In this document: piece after piece, positions 49,965 to 59,883 of the stretch
Position numbering within the stretch: position 1 is the first letter of the stretch
How the letters are laid out: every line of letters starts with the position of its first letter
Virus record (IMG/VR): IMGVR_UViG_3300011115_000838
Location: 4,725-68,724 of that record
DNA: 64,000 nucleotides
Source: a virus
Reading direction: 5' to 3' (one strand)
Made by a program: the position numbers and the translations under genes
The notes under the pieces: generated by a model
The model's database searches: none
The model's input: the letters and a program-made list of their open reading frames with translations, nothing else
What the model was told of the DNA's origin: nothing

Positions 49965-50192
49965 TCAACTATTTTCCAAAAAATCATATAAATCTAATTC
50001 AGCCCATTTGCCTAAGATAATCAAATCCTCTGAGTTTATGCTCCTACCAATCTCTGCTCTAAAAATATTCGTGATGGATATGCCAAGATGAATTGACAGT
50101 GCTTTAATAGAGTATGGCTTATCATGCGTAGTTTTACCATCAGTTCTTTTGAGTTTAATTGCCTCACCGAACTTCTTAAAATTAAATTTCAT
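49965..50192 (-). CDS. XRE-like HTH regulator
   Basis: FGEAIKLKR...SIKALSIHLGISITNIFRAEIG. Confidence 0.7.
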   Translation of the reverse strand: MKFNFKKFGEAIKLKRTDGKTTHDKPYSIKALSIHLGISITNIFRAEIGRSINSEDLIILGKWAELDLYDFLENS

Positions 50193-50196
50193 GTTC

Positions 50197-50952
50197 TTAA
50201 ATTTTTTTTATGTTTGTCTCACAAAATATTCCACACTCCCAGCTTTTTATTCTCCCACCCTTGTCTGATGGCTTTAATTCGTCAAGAAAAATTCTTTTAC
50301 CCTTTAATTTTACAAGTTTTGCACCTATTCTTCGACTTTGCTCCGACCTGTCTTGAAATATGTCAGGAAATTTATCTCTAACAAGATTCCAATATGTTGG
50401 AGATTGAGACTTAACACACCCGATACAGTTTGCGTTTGGAAAACCTAACTTATATATTTCTGGAAGTTCTATTCCTGCATCTAATAAGATATTAAAACAA
50501 TCTGACTTAGATATACCTTCTTCTATTAGTACTGGTATTAAGTTATCTCTTTCAAATTTAACAAACCTATCACTTCTTTCTTTTTCATCAACAGTAAATC
50601 CAAGAACGTGATAATCTATTTTGTTATTTGCTTCAAATTGGTAACGTGCTTGTTTTTTTAACTCTACTGTGCATGGAGCGCCTAAAACACCACTTATATA
50701 TTTCCTCTTATTAAACACCTCAGTTATATCACAATTGGGGAAGTTACTGTTTGTGGCAAATATAATTTCAAGACCTAACCATTTTTCTACGTCCCTTAGG
50801 AATCTGATATTATCCTCATGTTCATTAGCTATTGGATTATTAACAACTATTACATTGTGAGTTTCCCCATACTTTTCTATTGTTTTTTTAGCTGCTACCG
50901 CAGATGCAGCGCCACAACTAAACCAAACTGCTATTACTTGTTTTTCTTCCAT
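50197..50952 (-). CDS. PAPS-reductase-like (adenine nucleotide alpha-hydrolase) protein
   Basis: WFSCGAASAVA, APCTVELKK, YKLGFPNANCIGCVK, ECGIFC. Confidence 0.8.
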   Translation of the reverse strand: MEEKQVIAVWFSCGAASAVAAKKTIEKYGETHNVIVVNNPIANEHEDNIRFLRDVEKWLGLEIIFATNSNFPNCDITEVFNKRKYISGVLGAPCTVELKKQARYQFEANNKIDYHVLGFTVDEKERSDRFVKFERDNLIPVLIEEGISKSDCFNILLDAGIELPEIYKLGFPNANCIGCVKSQSPTYWNLVRDKFPDIFQDRSEQSRRIGAKLVKLKGKRIFLDELKPSDKGGRIKSWECGIFCETNIKKI

Positions 50953-51031
50953 TATTATGTTTTATTTTTAAAGGTAACGAATCCGTTAGGTTTAACTTTT
51001 ATTACTAATTTATACTTTCAATTAGTAGATT

Positions 51032-51394
51032 TTAGTCAATAGATAAATTAAACTGTGCTAATAGGTTTTCGTACTGGCATTGAAATCTGAACTTCTCATT
51101 ATCAGAAAGTTTTCCAAACTTTAACGAGAGCCTCATATTTTGCTCTGCAAGTATAGAGCCTGTAATCTGTTGGTCAACCATCTCTGATGTGGCTTGTACT
51201 TTTCTGTCAACAAAAGGAATTTATGTAGCCTTTTTTAACTCTTCTAAGGTGGTTTTAAGACTCGATTTTAACTTTCTAGTACACCACCAAGCAGGAAGAA
51301 TATTTTCCTCTGCATGGTCTAATAGGAATTGAGCAGTTACCTCAAATATATATATATCGTCAATCTGTTTTGGATTTATTTTTGTTTTAGCCAT
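51032..51394 (-). pseudogene. 121-codon frame interrupted by one in-frame TAA (51221-51223)
   Basis: MAKTKINPK...KKAT*IPFVDRK...LSID; same frame on both sides of the stop. Confidence 0.6.
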
Positions 51395-51454
51395 TTGTTT
51401 TTTAAAGTTATTATTTGTAAATTCAATTAAAAATACACACTAACATATACTGAT

Positions 51455-51601
51455 ATGCCATTAAAAAAAGGTTCTTCTCGTAAAACAATTTCAAAAAATA
51501 TTTCTTACGAACTTAAAAAACATCCAAAGATGAAGCAAAAACAAGCTGTTGCTATTGCTCTAAGTTATGCTGGAAAAGCTCGTAAGAAAAGAAAGAAGTA
51601 A
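51455..51601 (+). CDS. Small basic phage protein (MPLKKGSS...[10 protein letters not shown] family)
   Basis: 48 aa with a widespread phage motif; not in the ORF track. Confidence 0.8.
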   Translation: MPLKKGSSRKTISKNISYELKKHPKMKQKQAVAIALSYAGKARKKRKK

Positions 51602-51715
51602 CTAAGCACCTTCCTCCATTGCTTCATCTTCCTCTCTCTGATATTTGTCAGAGAGGGATTGTTCATTTTCCTCCCAATAGGAAGGTATTCCATCTGGTGA
51701 ATAGTAATCTTCCAT
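51602..51715 (-). CDS. 37-aa acidic peptide
   Basis: MEDYYSPDGIPSYWEENEQSLSDKYQREEDEAMEEGA; shares the 11-nt leader of the pentapeptide genes. Confidence 0.55.
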   Translation of the reverse strand: MEDYYSPDGIPSYWEENEQSLSDKYQREEDEAMEEGA

Positions 51716-51726
51716 TTTATTAATTG

Positions 51727-52113
51727 TTAAAATTTTGCACCTTCTAAATTTGCACCTTCTAAATCTGCACCATATAAATTTGCATTACGTAAATTTGCAT
51801 AACGTAAACCTGCACCTTCTAAATTTGCATAACGTAAACTTGCACCAAATAAATTTGCATCACGCAAATCTGCACCTTCTAAATTTGCACCTTCTAAATC
51901 TGCATTAACTAAATTTGCACTTTCTAAATTTGCATCATATAAACTCGCACCACGTAAACTTGCACCAAATAAATCTGCACCAACTAAATTTGCACCATAT
52001 AAATCTGCACATTCTTCAAGACCTTTTATTAAGGTTTTTAAAATAGTATTGTCTTCACATTCGTAGGAAAATAAAATATTATTATTATATCTATTTCTTA
52101 TTTCTATTTTCAT
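51727..52113 (-). CDS. Pentapeptide-repeat protein (18 repeats)
   Basis: 35-aa leader domain, A(D/N/S)LxG repeats, terminal AKF. Confidence 0.92.
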   Translation of the reverse strand: MKIEIRNRYNNNILFSYECEDNTILKTLIKGLEECADLYGANLVGADLFGASLRGASLYDANLESANLVNADLEGANLEGADLRDANLFGASLRYANLEGAGLRYANLRNANLYGADLEGANLEGAKF

Positions 52114-52124
52114 TTTCTTAATTG

Positions 52125-52481
52125 TTAAAATTTTGCACCTTCTAATTTTGCACCAACTAAATTTGCACCAAATAAATTTGCATCACGTAAATCTGCACCA
52201 TATAAATCTGCACCAAACAAATTTGCATCACGCAAATCTGCACCATATAAACTTGCAAAACGTAAATCTGCACCACGTAAATTTGCAAAACGTAAATCTA
52301 CACTAACTAATTTTGTATAACGTAAATCTGCACCTTCTAAATTTGCACCAACTAAATCCGCATCACTTAAATCTGCACCTTCTTCGAGACCATTTATCAA
52401 GGTTAATAAAATAGTGTTTCCTTCACATTCATGTGAAAATAAAACATTATTATTATATCTATTTTTTATTTCTATTTTCAT
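52125..52481 (-). CDS. Pentapeptide-repeat protein (16 repeats)
   Basis: Same architecture as 51727..52113. Confidence 0.92.
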   Translation of the reverse strand: MKIEIKNRYNNNVLFSHECEGNTILLTLINGLEEGADLSDADLVGANLEGADLRYTKLVSVDLRFANLRGADLRFASLYGADLRDANLFGADLYGADLRDANLFGANLVGAKLEGAKF

Positions 52482-52492
52482 TTTATTAATTG

Positions 52493-53059
52493 TTAAAATT
52501 TTGCACCAACTAATTTTGCACCAACTAAATTTGCACCAACTAAATCTGCACCACGTAAATACGCATAACGTAAATCCGCACCTTCTAAATCTGCATCACG
52601 TAAATCCGCACCTTCTAAATCTGCATCAAATAAATTTGAACCACGTAAATCCGCACCTTCTAAATCTGCACCACGTAAACTTGCACCACGTAAACTTGCA
52701 CCACGTAAATCTGCACCAAATAAATTTGCACCTTCTAAATCTGCATCACGTAAACCCGCACCTTCTAAATCTGCACCAACTAAATTTGAACCACGTAAAT
52801 CCGCACCTTCTAAATCTGCACCACGTAAACTTGCACCACGTAAATACGCATAACGTAAATCCGCACCTTCTAAATTTGCACCACGTAAACTTGCACCACG
52901 TAAATCTGCACCAAATAAATCCACACCAACTAAATATGCACCACGTAAACTTGCATCTTCTTTAATACCTTCTAACAAGGTTTTTAAAATAGTATTGTGT
53001 TCACATTCATGGGAAAATAATACTATTTTATTATATCTATTTTTTATTTCAATTTTCAT
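52493..53059 (-). CDS. Pentapeptide-repeat protein (30 repeats)
   Basis: Same architecture as 51727..52113. Confidence 0.92.
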   Translation of the reverse strand: MKIEIKNRYNKIVLFSHECEHNTILKTLLEGIKEDASLRGAYLVGVDLFGADLRGASLRGANLEGADLRYAYLRGASLRGADLEGADLRGSNLVGADLEGAGLRDADLEGANLFGADLRGASLRGASLRGADLEGADLRGSNLFDADLEGADLRDADLEGADLRYAYLRGADLVGANLVGAKLVGAKF

Positions 53060-53060
53060 T

Positions 53061-55279
53061 TTAGTAATTGTTAAAGTTGATTAATCTATTTAATTTATGA
53101 CCATAAAATTTGCCATGCTTACCTGCATCGAATACTAAAGGAAGTTTTAATTTAAAGAACTCCTTCTGCTGTTCTTTGTCTAAGTCTAACCAATACACAT
53201 CATCTTCGAGATGGTAATCAAATCCTAACTTAACAGCAATTTCTTTTTGTCTTGGAACTAATAATATAGAATATCCTCTTTGATTGCATCCCATGTCATC
53301 AAGAAATCCCATCGTGAAATTGTATTGGCAGACTGAAAAATGTACTTTCTCTAATTCTAACTTTCTAAAAATTGTCATATAATTGTTTTTGTTTTTCAAA
53401 GGTAAACATACTATGTTATTTTTGCAAGATATTTTTTATAGTTCTTGTAGAATTAACTCCAAAACTTCCAGTCGTGCTATAAGATTTTCTCTTTGTTCAG
53501 TTGGTTTTTCAAAATCACATGGGCATTGAAAAAACCAAAATCCAAAAAATAGTGGCTCATACTTCGCATATTTATCAAGATTCTTTACGATAACAATCAT
53601 GCCTGCCTTCTTTACATCGTCTATATAGGCACTATAACTGCTCATTGAAAGGAAATCACACAAACCTGTGTATAGGTAATTTTCATCAATAAACAAGTCT
53701 ATCATCGAATCTGATTGACTGATAGCTTCTTTATACTTACCAATTGCGTATTCTATTGCTTCTTTCATTTGTAAAAATCTTTAAATAGTTCTTTGAAATT
53801 TTCTTCTGACCAGCCGTAATCTTTAAGCAGGTCGAACATTAACTGCTTTTGATTCTTATGCAATTGTATGAAATCATCCTCAGTCATTTTCTCAAAATTA
53901 ATTGACTTTGGTATTTGTTGAGTTACATTCATTTTTTCACCACCGCCCAAGTCAAGAATCATTTTTTTATCCTCAACGAAGCCAAGTTGCATTTCAATTG
54001 CCTTTCTAACTCGCTCTTCAAGAACACTTTTTGATTTGGTCAACTGGTTGAACTCTTGCAACGTGACGTTGAGTAGACTCAAGATAACAACTTCAGGAGC
54101 ATGGTCAACAAATATTTTAAGCACCTCAAAGTATCTCCTGTGGTTATCGACCGACCTAACATTCTTAATCACGAAATGGATTAACTCTCCCTCCAGTTTT
54201 AAGCAAACCGAAGGGTCGTCTACCTCAATAAAGGTCTTGTTATTGTTCTTTCTAATCTTGCCGTACATCTTCTTTTTTATTTAATTCTTCCCAAATTTCA
54301 TTCCAATATCTTCTACCTTGCGGTGACTTCTCCCAATCAAAAGCACAACAAAGTGCGATAGGTAGGCTAATATGAGATGAATTGTTTCCATTCCAATTCT
54401 CCAACGCTTTAGAGCGATAAGACTCTGGAAGTTTATTTAACCATTCTTTAGTTCTCATTTTTAATTACGGTTATGATGAAATTTTCTTTTATTACTACAT
54501 TGAACTCTCTAACTGGATACGTACCATTGCCTAACTTTTCAATTGCTTCTAAGTTAAGTTCTTCTATGATTGATTTCTCAATCTGCTCGATGTCAATCCC
54601 TAATACACGCTCTATATATCGTAGCATAGCGTGTTCTGTTATTTTTATATTTCCTTTGCTCATTTCTTTAAGTTTTTCTGATAGTGATTGAATCTCCTCA
54701 ATTTTTAAGGAGTACATTTGTTGCCAAAGTTTCACGTTTGACTTGAGGTCTTTAGCTTCCTCAGATGCTCGTCTAATCTTAGACTTGACCTTCTTAATTT
54801 CTCTTACCTCTTTCATTTTAAATTCATTTGAAAGTTTCTTTGTAATACTTTTCAGCCTTCAATCTTTCTGACTTATGATTCCATCCTGCGGTGTAAGCAT
54901 CAATAATCTGCTCCTTGAATAGTTTCTGAGCGTCTTCGATATACTCTTCGTTTTGAACTAGGTCGTACCCATCAAACAAATCTTTGACTAAGAAGTCAAC
55001 TGCCGTATCCTGCTTTTGTGGTTCACTTAACTTGATGGTTAATTCAACTATACATGGAGTATAACGTGGTAAACATCCATCATTTACTAAATAAATACTT
55101 ACCGTAAATTCTTCATCATAATGAAAGTGTATGTCAAAAACACGCTCACCAACAACTTGGAATGAGTTCCATTCGTCTAACTCTTTGTAGTAGATTTCTT
55201 TTGTGAAATCAAATCCACCAATCATAGTTTTGATGATAGCTTTCTTCTTAAATGGATTAACTTCTACTTTAAATTTCAT
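53061..55279 (-). CDS. Run of six hypothetical genes (53061..53378, 53436..53768, 53765..54268, 54252..54458, 54448..54816, 54824..55279)
   Basis: Coupled ORFs; 53765..54268 has PKSINFEKM (DUF1367-like); 54448..54816 has ITEHAMLRYIER. Confidence 0.6.
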
Positions 55280-55283
55280 AGTC

Positions 55284-55907
55284 TTATTGTTTATAAATTC
55301 CTATACGTTGATTTAATTTACTTCTAATTTCTAACCTTTCTATATCATCAAGAAAACCTTCTGTAGTAAGTTCTTTTTGTATCTGCTTACATATTGCCTT
55401 AGCCTGTACTAAATCATCCTTAGAAAGCCTTAAAACAGGCAAGGATTTTAGAGATTCTAAATACTCGAAGTAAGACTCTCCAAACTTTTCTATCAATCTC
55501 TTGCGGAAGCCTTCAAAATTACCTGACTTGTATTGATTATCGTGAACCGATTGTAACCAAATGTTATGTAGGTGAAATCTAAGAGTAGCATTAGAACCTA
55601 CCGAGAAGAGATGACCTGCATCAGCCTTGCCAGTTATTGTTCGACCAGAACTTATGCACTCGTGACCCCTATCTATAAGCCTAACGATTGTATTGATTTC
55701 TTTTTGAAGTTCCCTCTGATAGTCAGATATAGTTTTGTTTTCTTCTAGCATCTTTTTCTTTTTCACTCTCCAATCTTTGTCTTCTTTTTTAGTCTCAGAT
55801 TTCTGTGCAAACTTAACTGCACAAATTATAGAGCAAACTTTCTGAATAGAATTTTTTGGAATGAAAGATTCTCCACACTCTTTGCACTTTTTATCTTTGC
55901 TTTTCAT
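55284..55907 (-). CDS. ninG: NinG/Rap-like recombination endonuclease
   Basis: KCKECG.F...QKVCS..CA; VRLID...CISSG...DAGH.FSVG....LRFH..NI..Q. Confidence 0.82.
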   Translation of the reverse strand: MKSKDKKCKECGESFIPKNSIQKVCSIICAVKFAQKSETKKEDKDWRVKKKKMLEENKTISDYQRELQKEINTIVRLIDRGHECISSGRTITGKADAGHLFSVGSNATLRFHLHNIWLQSVHDNQYKSGNFEGFRKRLIEKFGESYFEYLESLKSLPVLRLSKDDLVQAKAICKQIQKELTTEGFLDDIERLEIRSKLNQRIGIYKQ

Positions 55908-56116
55908 ACACTTAACTTATTGATTATAAGTCAAATATACAAAAAGCAAAGAACTTTTCCTACCATTAATTTGTTATATTATTAACGTGACGAATCCATA
56001 AAAACGACTTAAGAAGCGAGCGATTTAGTTTCACACCGTTAATTGTATGAATGTCTCTTATCTTATTGACAGGATATATTAAATCATCACTGAACAATTC
56101 TCTTAATTTTTTCATA

Positions 56117-56479
56117 TTATAATATTTGATAATGATTAAATGAAATGATAGGATTGACAACGCCAGAATAAAACTTGTCCATATCAACAAAACAATATTG
56201 ACCAGTTTGTAGTTTCCTGTCAGTTTTTCTCTGATAGTTAATCTGCTCCAACGTCATTACATTGCGACGTTCTACTTGTGCTTCGCCATCCTTAGATGTG
56301 ATTTTGAAGAATTGCACAACTCCAGTTATTGATGCTTTCAGCACACGATAAGCTACTTTGAAGCAGTGCTTTATTAAGTCTCTTCTATAAGCATAGTTAG
56401 CGTTAGCAGGACAGATTGCATGGTATAAATCCCATGCCTTGCGGTTCATTTCACGAACAAATTCTGATGTAAATTTCAT
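56117..56479 (-). CDS. Hypothetical protein (possible SH3/WYL_2-like barrel)
   Basis: AWDLY...F..AY N-terminus and VVQFFK...YCFVDMDK. Confidence 0.5.
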   Translation of the reverse strand: MKFTSEFVREMNRKAWDLYHAICPANANYAYRRDLIKHCFKVAYRVLKASITGVVQFFKITSKDGEAQVERRNVMTLEQINYQRKTDRKLQTGQYCFVDMDKFYSGVVNPIISFNHYQIL

Positions 56480-56537
56480 TAGTATAAGTTTAAAGTGATA
56501 AATAATTAATAACAAAGTAAGATTAAATAAAGTAAGA

Positions 56538-56594
56538 TTAGTGACAAAGTAAGCACCATATCAAAAGGATGGCATAAAGAAGTTTCTCAATCAT
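56538..56594 (-). CDS. 18-aa hydrophobic micropeptide MIEKLLYAILLIWCLLCH
   Basis: ATGA-coupled to 56591..56761; paralog at 57997..58053. Confidence 0.65.
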   Translation of the reverse strand: MIEKLLYAILLIWCLLCH

Positions 56595-56761
56595 AACAGT
56601 AATGTTAAGAGTGAATAAATAATACCAGACACGACTGCAATTACTATAACCTCTGTTGCAGGGTGTAACTTGTGTAAAGTAATCATTTCTACTTGCACAA
56701 AAAATGCCATGCAAGCAAAGAAAGAAGCGAAAACTGCGAATAATAATCTAAGTAATTCCAT
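56591..56761 (-). CDS. 56-aa two-TM membrane protein
   Basis: A-rich leader, TATATTTG promoter at 56783-56790; not in the ORF track. Confidence 0.6.
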   Translation of the reverse strand: MELLRLLFAVFASFFACMAFFVQVEMITLHKLHPATEVIVIAVVSGIIYSLLTLLL

Positions 56762-56890
56762 TTTTTTTATTGTTTATGATTGCAAATATATAAATTAGTT
56801 TTGTATTTCCAAATAGAAACTTGTTTTTTTTGATTTTTTTTTGTAACTTGTGTTTACATTAATTTCAAGTAATTACAATATACTCGTAGT

Positions 56891-57358
56891 ATGATAAATA
56901 AATACGGAACAGAAGTTAGCAAACCCAAAGGAGCAATATCTAAAACCACCGAACTAAAGAACTTGATGCGGTCTGATGCTTTAAAATTCTTGATGCAGTT
57001 ACCATTGAAAGAGTTTGCAAAGAAGAACGTAGATTTACAGGAATTTATCGAGATTAAGTTCGGCAGGCAGGCGGACGATATGACCGTCGGCATTGCATTA
57101 GCTTATCAGAATATATCGCATAACATTATGAATCCTAATCCAAAAGATTTTTCTTATATTCAAGCAGAGATATTCGGCAAGGTCAAGGAAGAAACCACCT
57201 CTAATGTTATTGAACTGCCAATAATGCAGGACGCAACTGATATACTCGAATCAATAGATACTAAGACTCTCGAACGATTATTGGAGCAGAGAAAGACTGC
57301 TGATAGCATTTCCGAGATTGTCGAAGCACCTATTGAGCCATTTGAACTTACTTCTTAG
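56891..57358 (+). CDS. Possible terminase small subunit (isolated + strand gene)
   Basis: KPKGAISKTT N-terminus, helical core, FGKVKEE and acidic tail resemble TerS; inference. Confidence 0.45.
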   Translation: MINKYGTEVSKPKGAISKTTELKNLMRSDALKFLMQLPLKEFAKKNVDLQEFIEIKFGRQADDMTVGIALAYQNISHNIMNPNPKDFSYIQAEIFGKVKEETTSNVIELPIMQDATDILESIDTKTLERLLEQRKTADSISEIVEAPIEPFELTS

Positions 57359-57995
57359 AAAATTATAAAAGTATCTTTTCCTTCTAATATAAAGCTAAGG
57401 GTGTTTGAGTCTAAGCAAGATAAGATTCGGTATAAAATCTTTGCTGGTTGTCCATCAATCTTAATTACATAATCGTCTTCCTTGTCACGGTGAACGATTT
57501 GAAATTTTGTATTATACGTTTCATTCAAGTTTGAAAGTATGTTACTCACTATTAATATTGCATTTGGTCTCATTTTGTTTTTGTTTTTGGTGTTATTTGA
57601 AAACCAAAAGTATATCCATACTTATGATTGAAAACTTTTGTTCCTACGAAATCATCACGCAATTCATACTCGGTATAAAAACCTTTCAGCAATGTCTTAT
57701 ATTTTTTAACCTTAAAATTTGGTACAAGATTCATAAAATTATGCACCCAAAAAACATATGGTTTATGTTTTAAATTAGACTCTAAGCCTTTCAATCTTGC
57801 TTTCCTTAGTTCTTCATACTCGAATGAAAAATCTTCAAACTTCAAGTCGATGTTTCCTTTCTTGATGAGCGACGTTAGACTAATAGGAAATTTTGCAATC
57901 CTATTGCTAATCATTTTCTTTGCTTCATCAAGGTCTTTGAAAGATTCGCTGAATAACAGCGAACCCTTATAATTAATGTTTATTTGATGTTTCAT
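57355..57995 (-). CDS. Two hypothetical genes (57570..57995 and 57355..57573)
   Basis: ATGA-coupled ORFs. Confidence 0.55.
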
Positions 57996-57996
57996 A

Positions 57997-58053
57997 TTAA
58001 TGTGCAAGTAAGCACAAAATTAAAAGGATACAGTATAAGATTTTCTCTAACAT
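57997..58053 (-). CDS. 18-aa hydrophobic micropeptide MLEKILYCILLILCLLAH
   Basis: A-rich leader, stop 1 nt before the next ATG; paralog of 56538..56594. Confidence 0.65.
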   Translation of the reverse strand: MLEKILYCILLILCLLAH

Positions 58054-58073
58054 TTTTTTGTTATTTATAGTGA

Positions 58074-58843
58074 TTAATTTTCCTTAATATAGTCTAATAA
58101 AATCTGTTCGCAATTCTTACTAAAAACGCTAAATACTTCCTGAGCCTTAGCAGTCATTTGAAAAGGACTTTCAAATCTTTTTGATATTCCACTGTTTAAA
58201 TTTAAGTGTCCAGAATAAATTATTTTTAATTTTACTGTGGCACTAGTATTTACACCAGATGGAAACTCGCAACTAATCTGAATTTGACCTTGATTATTAC
58301 CGCCAATTTTTAATTCCGCATTAAGACAAAGTTCTGTTACGTGTTCAAACGTTCCAAAATTGTTTTCTGTTGTTACTTTCATTTTTTTTGATACGGTTAC
58401 ATACAACCGAAAAGTTTTATTAAACTAATTGATTAATTTTTTTGTTATATTAATGTAGCCTAACTAAACATTAGGCTATTTTTGTGAACCGCTGTTGTAG
58501 TTTCTTACTCAAGTAAGGTTCTTTTATCATACTCTTCATATAATTTCTTTTGAAAGCTATCAAGCACATTTCCTATAGACTTAGGAAGAAACTCTGACAC
58601 ATGGGCATAGTCTTCTATTCTAGTTTGAAGGTCTGACATTAACGAAAACAAGTCTTCCAAATTATTGTCTGATACATTTTTAAGTTTATTCATAGTTATT
58701 TATTTTTTAAATTGTTCAAACCAATCTTCTTGTGGAATATCATCCCCAAAAGCTAAATACCTTCTAAACTCTTGTAAAATCACTATAACTTCTTCCTGAC
58801 TATACGTTCTTTCTTGTTTAGGCTCTTCTTTAAAATTTTTCAT
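58074..58843 (-). CDS. Three small early genes (58074..58382, 58505..58693, 58700..58843)
   Basis: ORF track with A-rich leaders. Confidence 0.6.
58456..58500 (-). repeat. Intergenic element A, copy 3 (22-nt box plus hairpin)
   Basis: CTACAACAGCGGTTCACAAAAA then TAGCCTAA/TTAGGCTA. Confidence 0.85.
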
Positions 58844-58910
58844 AGTTTTTTTGTTTTGATTTGACAAATGTATAAATACTTTTTGATTTACAATAGACAA
58901 TTTTACTTTT

Positions 58911-59507
58911 TTATGATTGTTTTTTATAAATATTGGTGACCTCCTGCTTTAATTTGTTATAGTCTGTCATGTTAAAAGAACCATCTAACAACTTAGCTTC
59001 ATAACTCCTACGTATTACAAGCCCCTTAGAGACAATAAATTTACCTTTCCTTACCTTTACCTTATTCCAACCTTTAAAGTTCTTTACTGCCTTCTTTATG
59101 TCGTTATTTACAAGGGCTTTTGCAAACTTAGATTTCTTTATTTTCGTTAGACTTCCAGAGTTGTAATACAAGCTAACAAGCACCGCCTTTTGTAGATAGG
59201 TAAGTTGAGGGTAATTCTTATTAACTTCTTCATATAGTGGTTCTATTATATCCCGAAATATTTCGTCGGCGTGATGGATATCTTTTACCCTTGAAACGTT
59301 CGTAAAACCCCAACCAATCGTTTTTTTGCCTGCTTGGCATCTATAGGAGTCTGCTCGATAATTTTCGCTTTTCTTAATAACCCAACACATAATCTGATAT
59401 TTTTGGGTTGAAGTAAATAATTCATTATCATTTACTACCTTTATCTGTTCAGGCTTACTGCTCGCACAACCAGCCAGCAGGAGCGATAGGATTATAATCT
59501 TTTTCAT
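58911..59507 (-). CDS. Lipoprotein lysozyme, glycoside hydrolase family 24
   Basis: Lipobox LLAG|C; E-x8-C-x5-T (ENYRADSYRCQAGKKTIGWG); SLYYNSG; GLVIRRSYEA. Confidence 0.82.
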   Translation of the reverse strand: MKKIIILSLLLAGCASSKPEQIKVVNDNELFTSTQKYQIMCWVIKKSENYRADSYRCQAGKKTIGWGFTNVSRVKDIHHADEIFRDIIEPLYEEVNKNYPQLTYLQKAVLVSLYYNSGSLTKIKKSKFAKALVNNDIKKAVKNFKGWNKVKVRKGKFIVSKGLVIRRSYEAKLLDGSFNMTDYNKLKQEVTNIYKKQS

Positions 59508-59517
59508 TGTTAGTCGT

Positions 59518-59772
59518 TTAGTTGATTCTTAAAATTATACCTTTGCCTATGTATCCGTCATAATCTGGCTCAATATACATGGCTTCACCTACTTTCAAAT
59601 CAAGAACCTGATCTATAACCCCAAGAGTGTAATAAGAGTAGGAACAATCATCATCAGACATTAACTCGTCAAGCGTAGTTGTGAAGTTTACTATCTCGAA
59701 CTTGTCAAAGTTGTTAATTGGTTGGGTGAATGACATCGAGTATTTTCGTTTTGAATAAGATTGGTTTTTCAT
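59518..59772 (-). CDS. Acidic hypothetical early protein
   Basis: ATG at 59772 after an A-rich leader. Confidence 0.55.
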   Translation of the reverse strand: MKNQSYSKRKYSMSFTQPINNFDKFEIVNFTTTLDELMSDDDCSYSYYTLGVIDQVLDLKVGEAMYIEPDYDGYIGKGIILRIN

Positions 59773-59824
59773 TGTTTTAGTGTTTAAGTTGAACTTATTT
59801 GATAGTTTTTTGGTTATATTAGTG

Positions 59825-59873
59825 TACCCTAAGACCAAAAACCTTAGGGTATTTTTGTGAACCGCCGTTGTAG
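59825..59873 (-). repeat. Intergenic element A, copy 2
   Basis: CTACAACGGCGGTTCACAAAAA then TACCCTAAG/CTTAGGGTA. Confidence 0.85.
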
Positions 59874-59883
59874 TTGCTTATAA

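Noticed and set aside
52414-52965. 183-aa + strand ORF with His/Leu/Asn repeats
   Set aside because: Antisense shadow of the pentapeptide-repeat gene
51727-53059. Diversity-generating retroelement or CRISPR explanation for the repeats
   Set aside because: No reverse transcriptase, no adenine-specific TR/VR pair and no unique spacers; the repeats are in-frame 15-nt coding units
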